Shown in pieces: positions 12,491 to 24,774 of a stretch of 64,000 nucleotides of DNA. The translations under genes were made by a program, and so were the position numbers. The DNA comes from Callorhinchus milii (taxonomy: Eukaryota), in the NCBI RefSeq assembly GCF_018977255.1, contig NW_024704743.1, positions 11,906,001-11,970,000 of the forward strand. Direction: 5' to 3'. A model generated the notes under the pieces. The model was not told the origin of the DNA. It did no database searches and worked only from the letters and a program-made list of their open reading frames with translations. Positions within the stretch are counted from its first letter, which is position 1; each line of letters opens with the position of its first letter.

Positions 12491-13369
12491 GCATTGTGGG
12501 CTGAGAGCAGCTTTATTTTCCTGTTTCACCTATTTAACGTTTTCATAGATGTTGTTTTGTGTGTTTGTGCATTTTGGGTGGGGTGAGGGATAAACAGCTG
12601 AAACACTCAGTCTCATTGCCCTTTGCTGCCGTGAAGCAAGAAAGACCTTGCAGTTTTATCCTATCAAAATGTCTCTGAAGGCCTGGCAAATAATAGCTCT
12701 TACGTGTAGCAGTAAGATATAGCAGGCAGCCATAAGAAGATTTGGCCAGGACAACGACCAGGTGGAACTCCCTTCTTGTTTTTTCCCCCAACTACTGCAT
12801 TTTCAGGGTTGACAATACAGCACTTTCGGTCATCTTTCAGTTGATAGTGAATTGACAGTTTGCTTTCTGGGAGTGATAACCCCTCCTCCCCCCAAAAAAT
12901 GTGATCACTCAATCCACAACTGTTTGGGACACTGCTGTGCACAATTGGCTACTGCGTTTCACCCACAAGACACATAGTTACTACACTTCAGGGAATATAT
13001 TCTTTCTCCCCTTCGCCACCACCCCCAGCTCTCACCCCTACCTTGGTTGCCCAGCATGTATTTGTGGGGGATGGGGTGTCCTGTGAAATGCTTTGTAAAG
13101 GTAAGATTGTATTGTTGGAACTTTAACGTCCATCTGAATGAAAAGCAGATAGATGAGACTTTTTTTGTTTTAATATGACTCAACTGAAGGATAGAGTCAC
13201 GGAGATACGGACTGTGCAAGGTTGGCCATGAATAATTGTCTCTTCAAAGTAAGAACCCAAGAGATTGTTTAATTCCACTGGCACACACTTTTAACACGCC
13301 CCTTAATACATCCACTGCTTTCTGTCAATCTCTCTTTTAAACAGTGAAGGGAGTTTCTCCCTGTAAACA

Positions 13370-13566
13370 GGATGCTAGGCTATATTGTTAAATCGGTTGT
13401 GTTTAGATCCCCAGACGTCATACTCCGGCTGTACAGTGCTCTGGTCAGACCTCACCTTGTACAGTATACTGCATACAGTTCTGGTTCACTGTGACATAAG
13501 GCCCTAGAGGTAGTGCAGAGGAGAGCAGTGAGGATGATCCCCAGTGTTAGAGGAATGAACTATGAA
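13370..13566 (+). mobile_element. Old CR1 fragment
   Basis: ctgtacagtgctctggtcagacctcacctt encodes LYSALVRPHL; also gtgcagaggagagcagtgaggatgatcccc. Confidence 0.7.
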
Positions 13567-13569
13567 CTG

Positions 13570-13700
13570 GGTCAATAGAAAAGTGTGGAAATATTTGCCC
13601 CAAATTGCAGGGAAATTCGGGAAATTGTGGGCGGTTGATTGGTGCTATTGAGGTACATTTTACTGCCAACCTACATTTTTTCACATTTTTGATTAAAAAT
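13570..13700 (-). mobile_element. Single end of the TIR element found at 50328-51461
   Basis: ggtcaatagaaaagtgtggaaatattt...ggtgctattgaggtacattttactgccaacctacattttttcac is the reverse complement of about 51315-51461. Confidence 0.8.
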
Positions 13701-13819
13701 TAAACTTAAGAAAATAACACATTAGATTGTTGCAAAAAAAAAATTATTTCTTTAACATAAACTGGGTGGCCCTTTTTTTGTGGGGCGTGGGTGGTGGTGG
13801 GGGAACAGGAGGCTACAGG

Positions 13820-14255
13820 AGCTCACCACCTCCTGCATCTCACGGGTTCAATCCCTGGGCAGGGCGAAATGCTGGGCTAGTATTCTTACTCCACATGCCT
13901 CTGATTACTTAGCAGTAAGTAGGAACCTGGTTGTTAGTCGATTGGCAGTTCGCTTTTCTGGGGGAAATAATTCCTTCAAAAACAAATAATAATAATAAAT
14001 TGGTCATTCAATTCATGACTCTTTGTGGGACACTGCTGTGCACAATTGGCTGACGCGTATCACCCACAAAATACATAGTCAATTCACTTTATAGTATATT
14101 ACTTTACTCTTGTCTGTCCAGCGCCTTGGGACGTCCTCCCGACGTGAAAGGCGCTTTACAAATGTAATTTTATTGTTGTTGATTCTGTGAAGTGCCTTGA
14201 GACATCTAGAAGATGTGATAAGGAGCTATATCAAATGCAAGGATTATTATTATTA
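13820..14255 (+). mobile_element. Long-form SINE (CORE-like middle) interrupted by an L2 tail at 14101-14181
   Basis: cttactccacatgcctctgattacttagcagtaagtaggaacctgg middle section; shared 3' tail ending tgcaaggattattattatta. Confidence 0.8.
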
Positions 14256-14540
14256 CAGCATGGAAACAGGCCACTCGGCGCAACCAGTCTGTGCTGGTGT
14301 TTATACTTCATACGAGGCTCACCCGTTCTTTACTTCCTCCCATCCCCTTCTATTCCACTCTCCCTCATATGCAGGTCAAGCTTCCTTTTGAATGCATCTA
14401 CACTGTCAGATTCAACCACCTCTTCAGGCAGCGAGTTCCACGATCTCACTACCCTCTGCGTGAAGTAGTTCCTCCTAAATTCACTTTTTGATCCCCTAGT
14501 CGCTGCTTTATGTTTGTGTTCCCTGATTACAGACAGATTA
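14256..14540 (-). mobile_element. CR1 3' end fragment
   Basis: Translation RRNYFTQRVVRSWNSLPEEVVESDSVDAFKRKLD. Confidence 0.85.
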
Positions 14541-16637
14541 TTTTTGTTAAAGCAGCTTGATGCTATGATGAATGAATGGTGAATGTTGGGCGGTTGTTCT
14601 GGAAGGATGAGATTGGATGGGGTGAAGGGCTTCTTCATCCAAACCAATCTTGTGATCGATGTCTTGGCTGACAACACCCCAGATAAAATTGTTCATTGAC
14701 TTAATGACTGTTTGCGGGACATTGCTGTGCACAAATTGGCTGTTGGTTCACCTACAAATACAAGATCACTGCACTTAATAGTGAAGTCCTCAGAAACGAT
14801 GTGAAATGTCCCAATAGCATGATAAAACTCTGCATCAAATGCAAGGATGATGATTATATGATCCTATAGTAGCTCAATTGTTTGTTATATGTCTTATGAC
14901 AGGTTCTGGTGTCATACAGGACTGGAGTGTCAGGGACTTTCCATTTCTGAGATGGTTTGAACTTACCTATGTTGAATGGGGAGGAAATTATGTACGTGTA
15001 GCATTTGAGATTTGAGATCCCCGCTTGCTTTCCCTCCCTCCCTATTTTGCTAGTTTCTTTTCTGTGGTTTCAAAAAATATATATATATAGGTGATATTGT
15101 TGCTATAGGGAGCACAATCGGCTCAGTTAGTAGCACTGTCCCCTCTTGGTCAGAAGGTTGCAAGTTTATAAACCCCCATGGGAGCATGGGAGTTCACACA
15201 CAGTCTAAGCTGACACTCAATAAAGTGCTGGACAAGCGCTGCATTGTCGAAGAGTCAGTTCTTCAGATGAGAAGTTATGAATTGATTAATAAAAATTAAT
15301 CCTTGTATTTGGTTTTGTCCAATATCACATCGTCAAAGCACTTCACAGGATTTCACAGTTAAACATAGTGACTGTTTATTTGTAGTCAAAACACAGCAAC
15401 GAATTTGCATACAGCAATGTCCCGCAAACAGCCATGAAGTGAATGACCAATTTTATTTGGGGCGGGGGTTGTTGGCCAGGATACCAGGAGAAACTCCCTT
15501 CAAAACCCGGCTAACTGTTAAGCTGGTTGAAGATTTGGCAGTGCTATTGGGAGGGGGGGAAGGAGAAGAAAGGAACTTCATGCTGGCGTCCTATCTTCTC
15601 GCTGAATTGGTCACCACCTCATAGCGGTTTTGGAACATGATGGTGGTAAAAAGTATTTTCCTTCAAAGTACAGGCACTTTCCCTGTGACGTTTCAGGTGT
15701 GATGAGACTCTAAAAGGAGACAGCACCTGCTTTTTTTTCCCCATTAGGCACACTTGTCGATTTAGTAAACGACCCTCACAATGCGATGCGTGGTGCGTCT
15801 TGCCATAATTGTCATGGGTGACAGGTAGTGGATTGGGAAGTAAGAAGGTGGAGAGGTAGGGAGGAGCCAGGGCATGAAGGGATTTGAAGACAAGTGTGAA
15901 ATCGATCCTAGTTCACAGTGGCAACGTATATCAAACACCGGATCACAAGCTCGGGCTCTTTCCCTGCCTGATGTGTTGCTGGCTCCATGTGATACGTGGC
16001 TCAGCATCAATTAGTGCTTAAAAATTAAACTCCTCAGTGTCTGTCTGCTGGCAGGCAGTTCGGACTTGTGTCTTTAATTGCAGTTCTCGGGATTGGTCTG
16101 TGTGGAACCAATGGGCCTATTAAGCGTTTCCCAGGCCAGTCATTTTCCCTCTCAAAAAGCCTATTAATATGTGCCAAGAGAAAGTGTTCAAATGGACCGT
16201 GAGGTTGTGTGGGGGGGAGGGGAGGAGTGTGGGAGGGGAGAAGCGGGGGTGGGTGGCTAGGACTATTATTGAGTCCCACTATGAAGGCCACGGTTTGTGT
16301 GCCAGAGCTTTGTCATCATGAGTCAGGGAGCCAACGGGATCACAAGGCCACTGCAAGTTCCTATTTGACAGGACTTTCACAGCTGCTCTGTCCTCGTTGT
16401 TGACTGCTGTGGGTGTCTGCATTAGAGAAGAGTGGTTTGAAATGTACTCAAGCATTTTGAGGGGTGGAGGAAGCTGTAACCATTTTTTATATACCTTTGT
16501 CTTAATTTTAATTATTAACAATAATCGTCATCCTTGCATTTGATATAGCACCTTAATAATAATAATAATAATAAAAATCCTTGCATCTGACATATTGCCT
16601 TTCACGTCTTCAAAACATCTCAGAGCTTCACAGGATA

Positions 16638-18095
16638 ACATAACATGCAGGAGTAGGCCATTCAGCCCTTCGAGCCTGCCCCGCCATTCAATCATGGCTG
16701 ATCTTCTAATCTAACTCCAGCTAATAACCTGAACCTGCCTTATCCCCATATCCCTTAATCCCCTTTGCAATAAAAAATCCAGCTATCTCAGTCTTGAATA
16801 TGTTCAAGGACTGAGCGTCAACAACCCTTTGGGGTAGTGAGTTCCATACATTCACCGCCCTTTGAAGAAGTTCTTCCTCAACTCAGTGCGAAAGGGCTGG
16901 CCTCTGATTTTAAGGTTGTGACCCTGGTTTTAGTTTCTCCAACCAGGGGAAACAATCTCCCACTATCTACTCTATCATGCACTTTGATGATCTTATAGGT
17001 TTTTCTATAAGATCCCCTCTAATTCGTCTATATTCTAGAGAATATAGGCCCAAATTAGTCAGTCTATCCTCGTAACTCATCCTCTTCATCCCTGGTACTA
17101 ACCTAGTAAATCTACACTGCACCCCCTCAAAGGCAAGTACATCCTTCCTTAAATAAGGAGACCAAAACTGCACACAGTATTCCAGGTGTGGTCTCACCAG
17201 GGCCCTATACAGTTGCAGCAAGACTTCCCTACTCTTATACTCTAATCCTTTCATAATGAATGCTAACATACCGTTCGCCTTCCTAATTTCTGCTGCACCT
17301 GCAGACTAACTTTCTGTGATTGGTGTACAAGGACACCCAAGTCCCTCTGGACGCTAACACATTCCAATCTCTCCCCTTCTAAAAAATAACCCGCTCTACT
17401 GTTTTTGCTACCGAGGTGGATGACTTTGCACTTCCCTACATTATACTTCATCTGCCACCTACCTTCCCAATCACATCACCTATCTATGTCTCGCTGCATT
17501 TTTTAAATGTTGTCCTCTGTGTTGACACTTCCTCCTAGTTTTGTGTCATCCGCGAATTTAGATATATTAACTTTGATGTCCTCATCTAGATCGTTGATGT
17601 CGATGGTAAATAGCTGAGGCCCAAGGACTGATCCTTGTGGCACTCCACTAGTCACATCCCGCCAATCTGAAAAGGGCCTGTTTATCCCTACTCTTTGTCT
17701 CCTACCCGTTAACCATTCCCCAATCCACGTTAATATGCTCCCCCCAATTCCAAGGGCCCTTATCTTTTGGACTAACCTTTTATGCGGCACCTTATCGAAT
17801 GCCTTCTGGAAGTCCAAATAGACCACATCCACTGATTCACCCTTATCTAGTTTACTGGGAATATCCTCAAAAAACTCTATGAGATTTGTTAAACATGACT
17901 TCCCTTTTGTAAAGCCGTGTTGACTTGGCCTAATTATATTGTGCTCCCCTAAATACCGCACTACCACATCCTTAATCAACGATTCTAACATTTTTCCTAT
18001 CACTGATGTGAGACTAACTGGCCTATAGTTCCCTATCTTTTCCTTTCCACCTTTTTTAAATAGTGGTGTGACATTTGCGATCTTTCAATCCATGG
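16638..18095 (-). mobile_element. 5'-truncated CR1 LINE (RT and 3' UTR) with ggata target duplication, nested in a SINE
   Basis: ORFs [51 protein letters not shown] and LVRPHLEYCVQFW; ggata at 16633-16637 and 18096-18100. Confidence 0.95.
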
Positions 18096-20088
18096 GGATA
18101 TACTGTAAAGTGGGTTGACTGTATTTTGTGTAGTGAAATGCAGTACAGTGAAGTGGCCAGTTTGTGCACAGCAACAACATCCTACAAACAGCCATGAAGT
18201 TAGTGACCAATTTTATTTGGGGGATTGTTGGCCAGGACACCGGGAGAAACTCCCCTTCTTTTCGAACTGCGCCATAGGAAGTTTAACATCTTCCTGAACT
18301 GGCAGACAGGGCCTCGGATTAACATCTCATCCGAAGGTTGGGATAGATTGGTGTCTCAAAGCACTTCACAAGTTTTGCAAATGTTTAGTGATTTTTTTAC
18401 CCCCTCTTACTCCCTGTCCTCACTCCCTTCTCACTCTCTTCCCCCCCCCCCCCCCTCCATCTGCCTGAAAAATAAACTAAAGAGGAACTTGGAGTCCGTG
18501 CAAGATAATGATAATATTCCTTGCATATACAGTGCTGCCGTTCAAGTCAGGAGGATGTTACAAAATGCTTCCCAGGATTTTACTGTGGAGTGCAGCAACT
18601 GTGCATTGTATAGGCAAGGTGATATTTCTCCTGAAACTGAGCATTTTTGCCTCTTTGTTCACGAGCATCTCAGAACAACTTCACTTCAGTCTCTTCACTT
18701 TTTTTTGGTCAGCTGGGTGTCTGCCGCATGTAGACACATGCTTAAGTATCCAAACCAAATTACATGCATCCCACCTACACAAGAAATTCCACGTCAAACA
18801 ATCACTTCACCCTGAGCAGCTCTTTTGGAGCTAATGGCCTGACCCTTATTTAAGAGAACGCTCAACACATACGTGAGAGAGAAGGGAGGAATCCCCGTGA
18901 GGGCAACAACAACAAATTGCATTTGTATAGCACCCTTCATGCCAGGTAGCATCCTGGAGCGCTTCACAGTGGTGGAGTCTGACAATGAATAGAATGAGGA
19001 GCAGGGGTAGGAGCTTGTGTGGAGTACTGAAACACAAGCAGGGCAAACCCTTAGCAGCATGCCAGCTGTTCAGTATTCAAGGCGAGATGTGTGCGTGGAG
19101 ACAAAGGTCCTGAAGGTGCTAGACAGAAGTTCACTCACTGGAGGGGGAGGAGAAACAATACATTTCCTCTCAAATGAACTGTACTCTGGGGTTCTAAGAG
19201 AGAGGAAAGAGAGAGATGGGCGCAGAGATTTGTGAAGCACTGATGAGCACTTTTGAGTAAGGCAATAAATAACAGGAGGTTCCAGCAGACTGGAAAGAAG
19301 CAAATATGCTTTCCGTTTGCTTGATGTTGCATTCAGTAACATACGTCTCCAAATGAGCTGCCAAATGTGTAAACCTGACCTAAACTCAGTAAAAGGGTTG
19401 CTGCAGTTAAGCCAAACAATGGAGCCAATTTGCTGTCCACCTTTGCAAAAATAAACTACGGGTATTTTTTGAACAATACTGCTACGTTACATAGATAGAG
19501 TGATTCGGCATGGAAATGGCCCAATCATTCTCATGTACTCCAAAAGAGCCCTCCTCCTATTCCCCTCGCCTATATGGCTCTATGCCCCTCTCCCCACGTG
19601 TGACATCATGTGTTAATCCTTGCATTTGATATGGCGCCTTATCACGTCGTTGAGAATCTCAAAGTGCTTCACAGAATATACTGTAATATGAATTGACTGT
19701 ATTTGTGGGTGAAACACAGCACATTATAGTGTTTGGCTGTGTTTTGTTTTGTATTGAAATCTACTGCCATTTGTGAAATCCATCTGAAAATTGATTTGTA
19801 GTGTGAAGTGTCTGGTAATGGAATATTGTTTGGGGTGGTGGGGGAATGGGACCTTGTGAACACCCTGTAGGAAATGAGCAGAGGTTTCACTTGAGCCAGA
19901 TCAGTCTGGGAAGTGTGTGAATAATGGGCGTGCAGTGCCTGGTCTGTGCAGACAACAAGAATTGAAGAGGTTTGGATATGCTGGGAGTTTTATGGAGCAT
20001 TTGGTGAGGCGTGCCTTGGAGAGCTCGGTTCTCAAGGTGACATTGGTGTGAATTAAGGATTCCAGAGTTGACGTGGCTCCATCTCACT

Positions 20089-20320
20089 GTGGAGTCTTGT
20101 ATCTTAGTGGTTAGAGAAGTCACCTTGCAAGCAAGAGGTCCTGGGCTTGCTTCCCACTCGGGGTGAAACGTTAGGCAAGTTTCCTTACTCCACACGCTTC
20201 TGTTTACCTAGCAGTAAGTAGGTTCCCAGTTGTTAATCGATTGGAGGTTTGCTTTTCCGGGGTCCACAAAATATACAGTCAGTTCACTTTATAGTATATC
20301 AGTATATTCTGTGAAGCACA
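20089..20320 (+). mobile_element. Long-form tRNA SINE with internal deletion
   Basis: gtggagtcttgtatcttagtggttagag head; ggcaagtttccttactccacacgcttctgtttacctagcagtaagtagg. Confidence 0.8.
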
Positions 20321-20329
20321 TCGAAAATA

Positions 20330-21600
20330 TTTTTTTTTTGGTAAGCCAGGTGTCTGACACATGCGGAAACCCATCACTATGCTTAAGAGTATCCAAATCC
20401 AGTTCAGAATTCCATACATTCCACCTACACATGGAAATTCCAGGGATAGATTGTTGGAATGGAATGCGCACTCCCTCTCTGGAGGGATGCCTCCTGCTTA
20501 CCTAATTCTGGAAAGTATTAGGCCCAGGTTGGCAAATGCCAAGTTTTGGGGACCCCAGAGTGTATGTTGGGGAACTGCTGGAGTCTAACCAGCTAAACCT
20601 GCATATCCATTGATATTGCTGTCAGGCAAACTTTCCTGATGCTCGTCCAGCTAGGACCACCATTAGGACTTTGGTTTTCAGGGTTAACAGAAGCTGAGAG
20701 CTGAGTCGGATGACTCCCTGCTGCCACAGTGACTGGTCAGTGCCCTGGAATACTGTGGACCCGTCCAGCTCAGGAACCGGACAACCGAGACTGTCACAGA
20801 GGGCTGTCTAGATTCTGGCATTCCATTGCCAGGAGCCAGTTCAGCTCTAAGGAGACACAGCTTACCACCTCCCCAGGAGGATAGTTCAACATCCGACAAG
20901 CGTGGGTTTGATCCCTCACTAGGTGGATGGTAGGTACCAGGAACTCCATGAGAGCTTCTCGGTGGGTATCGCATCTCAGCATGAAATGCATGAGAGCATT
21001 TCCACTGTCTTGCTGTCCACAGCTTGGGCACACATCCCTCCACAATGAGTGATGGTTCCATAGTTGGAGGTGCGGAGTTTAAGCAGCAGCTGCTTGGCTC
21101 TCTGCAGGCCAATCAAGGTGGATTCTAGGTGCTGGATGTATGAACATGTATTCACAAACTCGGACTCCAATTGAACGCCTTCCAGCAGCTGTTGCACTCA
21201 AGCCTCAGAGGTCCCTCATTAGCTAACTGGGGGTATCTGCCTTCAGCGTGGTGCGCAGACCTTCACATGACAGCCTATGATGTGCCAGCCAGCCATCTTG
21301 ATGTTCTTGAGGTCTAAGTCCAATACTACGTACAAGGCTTACTTGCACCAGCTGCTTTATCCAGGTCCTCATGTTAGGGGCCTTGGCAAATAGACGTGCC
21401 TGCTGTAAAGCCAACTTCACTTCCAAGGTGCTTAGTGACAGGTCATTGTAGGCCGGAACCCTCCCTCCCTGCAGCGGCTTCCCATGTTTGCCACAAATCC
21501 ACCTCACTGCTTGATCCTGGACTTCACAGATGAATAGGTCCATCTGATTGTCAGAGCAACTCCTAATGCAATCAAGCATTGCCCTATCAAAGACCAGGGT
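20330..21600 (-). mobile_element. 3' end of a non-CR1, non-L2 non-LTR retrotransposon (CCHC knuckle, long 3' UTR, poly(A)); clade uncertain, RTE-X-like suggested
   Basis: Minus-strand fragments LLLKLRTSN then VCPSCGQQDSGNALMHFMLRCDTHRE; T-run at 20330-20339 is the poly(A); the 3' UTR recurs at 24170, 36045 and 52485. Confidence 0.7.
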
Positions 21601-21694
21601 GTTGAGTTCAAATCTTGACTAATTCAGAGTAGACCCTGTTTTCAGGACAGTGTCAAAAACAACTTGTTTTTGCGTGAAAATGAGAAGCAGTAGT

Positions 21695-21970
21695 TTACTT
21701 AACTGTGGCAGAGCCTGAGGCTGAGCTGGGGGAGGGGACAGATGACCACAAGAGGAAGGTCTTCAGACGTGATCTGAAAATGGGGAAGGAAGGGGCATGA
21801 CAGGGTGATTGAGGGAGGGAGTTCCAACGTTTCGGGACTGAAAGAATGGCTGCTGATGGTGGAGGGGACCAGGAACAAACAGGAGGCTGGAGCCAGTTGA
21901 GCAGAGGAGTGGGAAGTAAGCAGGTTGGAGAGGTAAAGAGGTGCCAGGGTATGAAGGGATTTGTAAACAA
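21695..21970 (-). mobile_element. L2 3' fragment
   Basis: LVYKSLHTLAPLYLSNLL and PKRWNSLP...FRSRLKTFL. Confidence 0.8.
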
Positions 21971-23318
21971 GTGATAAAACCAATGCTTGCATTTGATCTG
22001 GTCAAGAGGACGGCTCAAAATGCTTCACTTTTTTTTAATTGTGCAGTGCAGTGACTGTGTATTTTGTACACAAACAAGGCAGCTGACCTGCACACAGCAA
22101 CCCCCTGCAGCCGTGAAGCGATAGAATTTTTATTGGGAATAATTGGCCAAGGCACCAGAAGAAACTCCAGAATGAAAGCTTTTCCGTCTATATATAACAC
22201 TGATATCAGGAGCTCAAAACCACTCCTTGTCATGGTCCTGTCAGAATTTTTAGAAAAATTCAAAACCTTGTTGTGGCTGATCTCCATGGGTATGGAGCGA
22301 AACAGCTTCAAAATTCAGGGTGGATTTTAAGAATTTTCCAACCTTCTCCACATTCGTAGAACAACTTGCATTTAAAAGATTTTATTGCAGAGGGTAGTGA
22401 GATTGTGGAACTCACTGCCTGAAGTGATGGTTGAATCAAACAGTGTAGATACATTCAAGCTGGACCTTCACAGGAGGGAGAGGGGAATAGAAGTGGATGG
22501 GAGGGAGTAAGGAATGGGAGGAACCTTGTGTGCAGTATAAACACCAGCACAGACTGGTTAGGCCAAATGGCTTGTTTCTGTGCTGTACATTCTTTGTAAA
22601 TCTTTGTAAATACAGTACGCTTTGCATAGGATTAAATCTTGTGGCGCTGTACAGTGGCAGACTTGGCTGATAGGGGTTGAAGATGGTGGTATTGAGGATT
22701 AGAGCACCAAGGAGTTTCAGATCTTTATAAACATGTTCATTCATTGCAGCTTAGACCAGGGTTTGGAATCAGGGATGGATCTAGGGTGGAAAAATATATA
22801 ATAATAATAATAATTCTTGCATAGTGTATTGGTTAGAGCACTCATGTCGCAAGTGAGAAGTGAATGCTCTAACCAATATGCTATACCAAATGCACTGATT
22901 GAGATGTCTCAAAGCGCTTCACAGAATATACTTCAAAGTGAATTGACTGTATATCTTGTGAGCAAAACGGGGCAGCCAATAGTGCCCAGCAATGTCCCAC
23001 AAACTACCATGGATTGAGTAACCAAATTATTATTTACTTTATGTTTTGAAAGGATTATTACCTCCAGAAAGCAACCACCAATTGACTAACAACTAGGTTC
23101 CTACTTACTGCTAGGTAAACAGGTGTGTGGAGCAAGAAAACTTGCCTAAGTTTTCGCCCTGCCCTGGGATTGAACCAGGGTCCTCCCATTTGCGAGGTCA
23201 TTGAATCCTTGACTTTTTCTGGGACACTGCTGTGTGTAATTTGCTGGTGCATTTTGCCAACAAAATATATAGTCAATTCACTTTACAGTCTATTCTGTGA
23301 AGCACTGTGAGACGTCTC

Positions 23319-23683
23319 CACATCACACTAGTCCTTGCCAGGCTCCACTGGTTCCCAATTACTGAAGGGATCAATTTCAAATCTGCTCGACCGGCTATGG
23401 CCTCCGGTTTGTCCTTTATGCCCTCCGCTCCATTATCGGTGGCCGTGCCTTCAGCCACTACACCCCGAAACTCTGGAACTCTCTCCCTCAATCCTTCTGC
23501 CTTACCCCTTCCCTCTGCACTTTCAAATCCTGCCTAAAGACCTTCCTTTTTGATTGTGCGTTCAGTCACACCCCCTCCCCTCCCTCTTCCTTTGGCTCGT
23601 TGACAGACTCCGCCACTGTCAAGCACTCCAGGATGCTATCCCGCGTAAAGAGTGCTAGATAAATGCAAGTTGTTGTCGTCGTT
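23319..23683 (+). mobile_element. L2 3' fragment nested in a SINE tail
   Basis: HITLVLARLHWFPI; L2 tail aaatgcaagttgttg; flanked by gtctc direct repeats. Confidence 0.8.
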
Positions 23684-24169
23684 GTCTCAACGACGTGATC
23701 AAGATGCTATATCAAATGCAAGGATTATTATTATTACTGGCAGAGAAACACTGTCACCACAGTTGATCTTGCCAGTCATAATAGCTTTGAATAGGACGCC
23801 TACTTTTCTGTGTTTCTTTAAAAAGTTATTTTTAGATTATGTATAACACATAATGGCAGTTTTACGTATTTTAAATTTCGGATTGTAATGCAATTTATTT
23901 TTCTACTGCTGTAATCCTCCCGCTCGCTCGGTCGATTTTTGATGTTTTGGCTTCGGATGAGGAGGCCCCACTCTTGCCCCTGCTGTTTCATAAGCTGTAG
24001 GTCTGGTTTTGTTCTTGCAAGCAAGAAATTAGTTACAATTAAACGGAGCAAAGGCACTACTGCACAACCTCCCACTGGAAGCTTAAAACATGAGATCACT
24101 CTTGCTGTGTAACACTTCACAGGCCTGTTTTCTCTCTTCTCTCCCTAACCTAGGAATTCTGAAACCGGT

Positions 24170-24519
24170 TCAGGACCTCTGCTACTTCTTGTTAACCCTG
24201 CAAGCCAAAGCCCTAATGGTTAGGGTGGTCCTAACTGGACAAGCAGCGGGAAAGTTTGTCAGACAGTTATATAAATAGCACGCTATGTGGCTTTAGCTGG
24301 TTGGACTCCAGCAGTATCCCAACGCGCACTCTGGGGTCCCCAAGCCTTGGTTCTTGCCAACCTGCGCCAGGATGTGTCCCTCCAGGGAGAGAGCGCACAT
24401 TCCATTCCAACTAAGTATCTCTGGGATTTCCACGTGTAGGTGGGATGCATGGTTTCGATACTGTTAAGCACAGTGATGGGTTTCTGCATGTGTCAGACAC
24501 TTGGCCAACGCCAAAAAAA
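24170..24519 (+). mobile_element. 3' UTR-only copy of the CCHC non-LTR family, ending in poly(A)
   Basis: Reverse-complement match to about 20340-20700; ends tgtcagacacttggccaacgccaaaaaaa. Confidence 0.8.
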
Positions 24520-24774
24520 TCTATCTGAGATCAGCTAAGATGAATGCTACCATTACAGTCCTCTGTCCATCTGGTTTTGTTTGAATTGATGTAACATTGG
24601 GAGGATGTCAGAAAGCCCTTCTCAAAATTTACTGTAGAATTTGATGACTGCGTGTTTTGTAGGCGAACGTGGCAGTCAGTTTGCACATGGCAATGTTCCC
24701 CAAACAGTCATGGAGTGAATGAACAATTTTATATGGGGGTTGTTGGCCAGGACACCGGGAGAAACTCCCTTCTC

